Source: a virus (taxonomy: Duplodnaviria > Heunggongvirae > Uroviricota > Caudoviricetes). From it: 64,000 nt of DNA. A model generated the notes under the pieces. It was given only the letters and a program-made list of their open reading frames with translations. It was not told the DNA's origin and searched no databases. The position numbers were made by a program, and so were the translations under genes. How positions within the stretch are numbered: the stretch's first letter is position 1; every line of letters starts with the position of its first letter. Location of the stretch: IMG/VR virus record IMGVR_UViG_3300028549_001428; one strand, 5' to 3'. Positions 59,148-64,000 of this stretch are shown piece after piece.

Positions 59148-60345
59148 TTACAGTAGAATTCCAGACTCTTTGCTTCATGAGGCAGTTATTGAAAGTTTAG
59201 TTAACTGCGATTTGGAATGCAATAGAAGCGGAACTGAGTATACGTTTCATTGTCCTTTGTGTGGAGGACATACAAAAAATAAAACCAATAAATGTGCTTA
59301 TGTATATACAGATAAATGGAAATATGTATGTTACAACTGTAATAAATCATTTGCATTCACTAAATTTCTAAAAAACGAACATAATGAAATTTATAAGCGT
59401 GTAATATTTCACGCATTTGATAAGAAAAAACGTGATTGGAAGAAACCCCAAAAAACCAAAGCTGAAAAAACATATAACGCAACCAATTTATATAAATTTA
59501 AGGTAGGTGAATTAGTCGAGCTTACTGACGAAACTAATCCTACTGCAATAAAAGCATTAGAATATTGTCTTAGCAGACGTATACGAAAGTCTGTATATAA
59601 AAAATGGTTTGTATGTATCCGTGATGACAAATATAAAGATAGAGATACCAACGGAAATTATATAAAAAATGAAGATGGTCGATATGTAGGTAATGAATAT
59701 GGTAATAGAATTATAATACCTTATTACCGATATGGTGGTAAATGGATACAGTTTGATGCTCGTTCATTAGATGAACATTCATTACTTAGATATCGAAATT
59801 TGGAAAGTGCTGAACGTGAATTATATAACATTGATTTTTTAAATGTAAATGAACCATTCTTTCTATTGGAAGGTGCTATTGACTCAACATTTATAAAAAA
59901 TTCAATTGCGTTTGGTGGTACTAAACATTTAATGAAATTTCTAGAGCTACATCCTGAACTGAAAAAGAATGCTCATAACGGCACTGTTATTTGGGATAAT
60001 GACGATGCAGGTAAAGATGAAATTGAAAAAACTGTGAAGATGGGGTTTAGTTGGTTTGAGTGGACTCACATAAAACCAACTGAAGAATTTAAGTATGATA
60101 AAGATGGATCACTACGCCAAATTAAAGATATTAATAATGCCGTGATGTATTCTGACTGTTTTAAATTAGATAAGAATGGTTTTATTGTTTTTGACGATTT
60201 AAAAACCTATATTAGAAAAGCAGATGGTGCTATGATTAAATTAATGTTATTGCATGGAAATCGTGAGAAAATGAAATATGAAAAGCAAAAACAAGCTAAA
60301 AAAATCATAACAAAAAAATCTAAACCCACCACACCATATTTTTAA
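59131..60345 (+). CDS. gp61: DNA primase gp61
   Basis: Zn ribbon 'CPLCG..CYNC'; 'RIIIP'; TOPRIM 'EGAIDS', 'WDND', 'KDIN'. Confidence 0.9.
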   Translation: MIDNFDYSRIPDSLLHEAVIESLVNCDLECNRSGTEYTFHCPLCGGHTKNKTNKCAYVYTDKWKYVCYNCNKSFAFTKFLKNEHNEIYKRVIFHAFDKKKRDWKKPQKTKAEKTYNATNLYKFKVGELVELTDETNPTAIKALEYCLSRRIRKSVYKKWFVCIRDDKYKDRDTNGNYIKNEDGRYVGNEYGNRIIIPYYRYGGKWIQFDARSLDEHSLLRYRNLESAERELYNIDFLNVNEPFFLLEGAIDSTFIKNSIAFGGTKHLMKFLELHPELKKNAHNGTVIWDNDDAGKDEIEKTVKMGFSWFEWTHIKPTEEFKYDKDGSLRQIKDINNAVMYSDCFKLDKNGFIVFDDLKTYIRKADGAMIKLMLLHGNREKMKYEKQKQAKKIITKKSKPTTPYF

Positions 60346-60355
60346 GGATATCATT

Positions 60356-61402
60356 ATGGCTAAAGACAAAAAACAAACAAAAACAGAACAAAAAATTGTA
60401 CCGCAGATTGATATTAATGATGATATTAATATAGACTCCGATATTGAGGTTTCACTTGATGATTCGGATGAATCTATTGAAGGTGCATTCGATGATGCAA
60501 TGAATGAACTAGGTGAACAAAAAGATAAAAAAGACCAAGCACTTAAAGAAAAAGCAAGTAAGAAACGCCAAGTAGTAGAATCTACAAAAAAAGAATTGGG
60601 TATCAGACCTCCAAAGCAAAGCAAATTTCCTACGCAAAGCGATGATTTTTTGAGTAAGCCTGTTAGTGATAAGGCAGTTCATGTAATTTTGAATCAACAT
60701 ATGTCAAAAATATATATGGATGGGGTTGATTTTGCTCCTCGTATTTTAATGGGAATACCTGCGTTTAATAAGCAATGTAAGAAAAATGCATTTGAACACT
60801 TAATTAGAATGCAAGAAAAAATTCGTGAATTTCGAGGTACTGATCCAAAAAATGCACCTAAATGGATAATTATAAGCAATGATTCTTCTATGATACATGA
60901 TAGAAATCTTATTCCTCGGTTAGAAGAATTAAAGGAAAATACTCATGTAGCGGCTCCATATGGTTTTTCTCAAATTAGAGCATCTGGTAGATGGTTTAAT
61001 CTAGATAAGACAGATGTATATCGTGGATGCTATGCACAAGGCAATATGGACAACGTAGAATGGTCATATGTAAACGGAATGGGATATGAGGAAATATCTA
61101 GACGCAGAGTATTGATTGCACACGGTCCATTTATTGCCATTCGTGGTGAAACATTTATGTCATTGAATTTCAAAGATATGTCCGAACATATGGAATCTGG
61201 TTATTATCATTATATGGCAGATATATCATTAGAATGTCATAAGCGTGGATATCTAGTGGCTCAAATAAAATCAATGGCTTCTCAATATGATGATATAATG
61301 AAAGTGTTTTCGACTAGTGAAGTACAAGTAGATCATGCATATTTTACATCAAAATGGCAATCTATACTACCAATATCAATAGTACCAAAACCTACAAAAT
61401 AA
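60356..61402 (+). CDS. Hypothetical protein, possibly glycosyltransferase-like C-terminal half
   Basis: 'HGPFIAIRG...GYYHYMADISL'; weak. Confidence 0.45.
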   Translation: MAKDKKQTKTEQKIVPQIDINDDINIDSDIEVSLDDSDESIEGAFDDAMNELGEQKDKKDQALKEKASKKRQVVESTKKELGIRPPKQSKFPTQSDDFLSKPVSDKAVHVILNQHMSKIYMDGVDFAPRILMGIPAFNKQCKKNAFEHLIRMQEKIREFRGTDPKNAPKWIIISNDSSMIHDRNLIPRLEELKENTHVAAPYGFSQIRASGRWFNLDKTDVYRGCYAQGNMDNVEWSYVNGMGYEEISRRRVLIAHGPFIAIRGETFMSLNFKDMSEHMESGYYHYMADISLECHKRGYLVAQIKSMASQYDDIMKVFSTSEVQVDHAYFTSKWQSILPISIVPKPTK

Positions 61403-61462
61403 ATAAAAAGATCCCTTTGGGATCTTTTTTTATAAACTAATCACATATTAACAAGGTCATAT

Positions 61463-62122
61463 ATGTCTACAGCATTCGATAATTTACTATCATTAACACA
61501 GTCATTTGAACCATCCAATGGTGAAAAATGTAATCAATTTGGTAATAATGTATTACAACCTACCGATGGTGGTATATCAGATTTCAATAAAGGCGTTGCT
61601 ACGATGTCGCCATATGGTAGTAATTACAATATGGCATTAACTGAAGCCGTTGAATATCAATATGATACTAAATTATTATTTGATCACTTGAAACCAATCG
61701 AAGAATTATTCACTCAAAAACTAAAAGACCAGAATAAATCAGAAATGGAACGTAATAAAAAATACAAATCCAATGCTGATTATGGCTCTGGTATTGGATT
61801 TATGCAGGGTGTGGACGGTGAAGTGTCGGAAGATGAAGCCAATGCTATTAAAATGATGAAGCATGCTGAACACGAATCAAAATATCCACATATGCTATCA
61901 AGTAATGTTCAATTTGATTCCAAATATGATTTTTTAATGAGTTTAAAGAGTATTTTCTCTGATTTACCCGAAGATCAAATGAATAAAATCATAACAAATG
62001 CATCTGGATTCATTAGTGAATTTAAAATTGATAACTATAGAGATTTTATAAATACTGTAAAAACAGAAATGAAAAATCGAAACTATAGCAATACAGAAAG
62101 AGAGACTAGAGAATTTAGATAA
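61463..62122 (+). CDS. Hypothetical late protein
   Basis: TATAAACTA at 61431. Confidence 0.55.
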   Translation: MSTAFDNLLSLTQSFEPSNGEKCNQFGNNVLQPTDGGISDFNKGVATMSPYGSNYNMALTEAVEYQYDTKLLFDHLKPIEELFTQKLKDQNKSEMERNKKYKSNADYGSGIGFMQGVDGEVSEDEANAIKMMKHAEHESKYPHMLSSNVQFDSKYDFLMSLKSIFSDLPEDQMNKIITNASGFISEFKIDNYRDFINTVKTEMKNRNYSNTERETREFR

Positions 62123-62182
62123 AAAAGGGAACCTAAAAAGGTTCCTTTTTTGCTATATTATGTACATAAATATGGAGCATTT

Positions 62183-63025
62183 ATGGCATATCCGATAAAA
62201 ATAACTAAAGCATACTTAGAAGTATTAAAAAATCTGTTGAAGGTGGCTAATAAAAGAGAAGTTCTGTTCTTTAAAGAAACTGAAACCTATATGATATCCC
62301 TAATGGATATGGGTACATTGGTTCATATATCTACCTCGGCAAATAATATATCATATTCAGATCCTGAAATTGGTATAGCTAATATGCCTGAGTTTATGGA
62401 TTACATAAAAGCAATTGATTATCCAAAGAAAGGAAATATTAAGTTTGCTCAAGAACGATCAACTAAAGGTAGATTACTTGACTGTTTAGTATTTAGTGAT
62501 GATTACGCAACATATAGAACTGTTGTAGCCGATCAAACAAAGTTTACTCCAAAGTATGATAAAAAAGTGCCTGTTTCAAGAGATAACGATCCAATGAAAC
62601 TAGTCGCAAAATTTACGTTAGATACTGATGATCTTGAGAGATTAACAACTGACATAAAATTAATGAAAAAGAGTGAATTTTTTGGATTGACCGTAAATGA
62701 ATCAATTTCCATATATATGCGAGGAATGGAAAGACAACAAGTAACTAGATTAATCGACGAAACCAACTCCGTAATATTTGATTCAAATGCATTAAATGTA
62801 GATGGAATTGAAAAATATAGATTGTTTCCAAGTAGAATATTTAACTTCATGTCAACCTTCGATTGTAAATTTGATATCGAACTTAGATATCTCGAATCTA
62901 GAAACACATTAGCATTCAAAGCATTTGGTAAAGTAATGCAAGAAAATGGAGATTTGATTAATATTTATATCGCCTCTCCTGAAAGTACATCCCAAATTAT
63001 GAGTAATTTTGATATAGTTGAATAA
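62183..63025 (+). CDS. Sliding clamp, gp45-like
   Basis: N-terminus 'IKITKAYLEVLKN' and 'EIGIANMPEFM' resemble gp45; GGAG RBS before ATG 62183. Confidence 0.55.
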   Translation: MAYPIKITKAYLEVLKNLLKVANKREVLFFKETETYMISLMDMGTLVHISTSANNISYSDPEIGIANMPEFMDYIKAIDYPKKGNIKFAQERSTKGRLLDCLVFSDDYATYRTVVADQTKFTPKYDKKVPVSRDNDPMKLVAKFTLDTDDLERLTTDIKLMKKSEFFGLTVNESISIYMRGMERQQVTRLIDETNSVIFDSNALNVDGIEKYRLFPSRIFNFMSTFDCKFDIELRYLESRNTLAFKAFGKVMQENGDLINIYIASPESTSQIMSNFDIVE

Positions 63026-63098
63026 TTAAATGCGGTTTAATACCGCATTTTTTATTTAAATTATAAACTATTGATAATCACCAAAATTAGGTATAAAA

Positions 63099-64000
63099 AT
63101 GGAATTTAAGAAACTTGACGTACTAAATGCGCTAAAGAGTAAGAAGATTGATAATGGACCATCAGCTTCTGATACAAAATTAGATAAGCAAGATGTTATA
63201 AAAAATTTAGGTAAAGCATGTCCAAAGCCAACCGAAAAAACACCTGATAAAATAAATCAGATGGCTATCATTAAGAGAATGAATGGTGATATTGCTGACC
63301 CAGCCAAGGGAATTAAATTTGAATCCATTTGGACACCAGTTAAAGCAACCGTTAAGGACATTACTCAACGTATATTGACCGAAGCATCATTAACACCAAA
63401 TAACTCACCTAATGCATTTAGATTGGATTTAAAGAGTATTGTTCTAGATAAGATGCACAGTAAATTTAATATCAATAGAAAGAATAATAATGTTACTGTT
63501 GAATTAATTTACCCTAACGCAAATGGAAAAATTACAGTAAAATTAAATCTTGACGGTATAGATGATTCTGTATATGAAGTTGGTTTAGAAGATCAACAAT
63601 ACACAGGCAATTTTGGTGCGTCAATTATAAAATCAATAGATGATATATTGAACAAGCAAGCACAAGCGACTCCATCATTTGGTACACCATCTCAATTCGC
63701 AAATCCATCAGTTAGCGTATCTGGATTTTCTCCTAACTGGGTTCAGGGTGGATATAGCATGGAATCCGATGCAAGACATTTTAGTAATCTAATGACATTG
63801 GTTGAACAAGATGAAACAAAAAAACCAGAAGATGTAGATCCTACTGCTGATGAAGGTGGTGACGTACCTGTTGATGGTGGTGATGTTCCTACTGATGCTT
63901 CTGGTGATGTTAATTCCGATTCATTTGGTGCTGATGCATTCTCTGCTGATCCAGGTGGTATGGATATGGGCGGTGGTTCTGTTGGTGGTGGTATGGATTT
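63099..64000 (+). CDS. Late protein, 3'-truncated; acidic Gly/Asp-rich
   Basis: MEFKKLDVLNALKSKK...; TATAAACTA at 63062; appears open to the window end. Confidence 0.6.
   Translation, partial: MEFKKLDVLNALKSKKIDNGPSASDTKLDKQDVIKNLGKACPKPTEKTPDKINQMAIIKRMNGDIADPAKGIKFESIWTPVKATVKDITQRILTEASLTPNNSPNAFRLDLKSIVLDKMHSKFNINRKNNNVTVELIYPNANGKITVKLNLDGIDDSVYEVGLEDQQYTGNFGASIIKSIDDILNKQAQATPSFGTPSQFANPSVSVSGFSPNWVQGGYSMESDARHFSNLMTLVEQDETKKPEDVDPTADEGGDVPVDGGDVPTDASGDVNSDSFGADAFSADPGGMDMGGGSVGGGMD

Overview
AT-rich segment of a large T4-like (Tevenvirinae/jumbo myovirus-type) phage genome; ORFs read fully in the standard code. It holds tail-fibre/collagen genes, the head module (gp23, gp22, gp21, gp20), virion lysin/baseplate/neck genes, late sigma gp55, replication/recombination genes (gp46, RNase H, RuvC, UvsW, UvsX, gp41, gp32, gp61, gp45-like) and anti-defence candidates (Apyc1-like, NADAR). 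The most striking feature is the minus-strand tRNA region (16.0-20.3 kb). Two tRNA operons are each preceded by a sigma70-type promoter, a leaderless leader peptide whose codons match the downstream tRNAs (QQQQQQ before three tRNA-Gln; K/I/Y/F-rich before tRNA-Tyr/CAT/Lys/Phe), an antiterminator and an intrinsic terminator. This looks like ribosome-mediated attenuation of phage tRNA genes. The region also has structurally aberrant tRNAs, an unknown ~190-nt ncRNA and three homing endonucleases. Elsewhere, an IsrB OMEGA element has a second, stand-alone omega-RNA with its own promoter, guide and terminator. All calls come from motif recognition by eye; no searches or folding programs were run.
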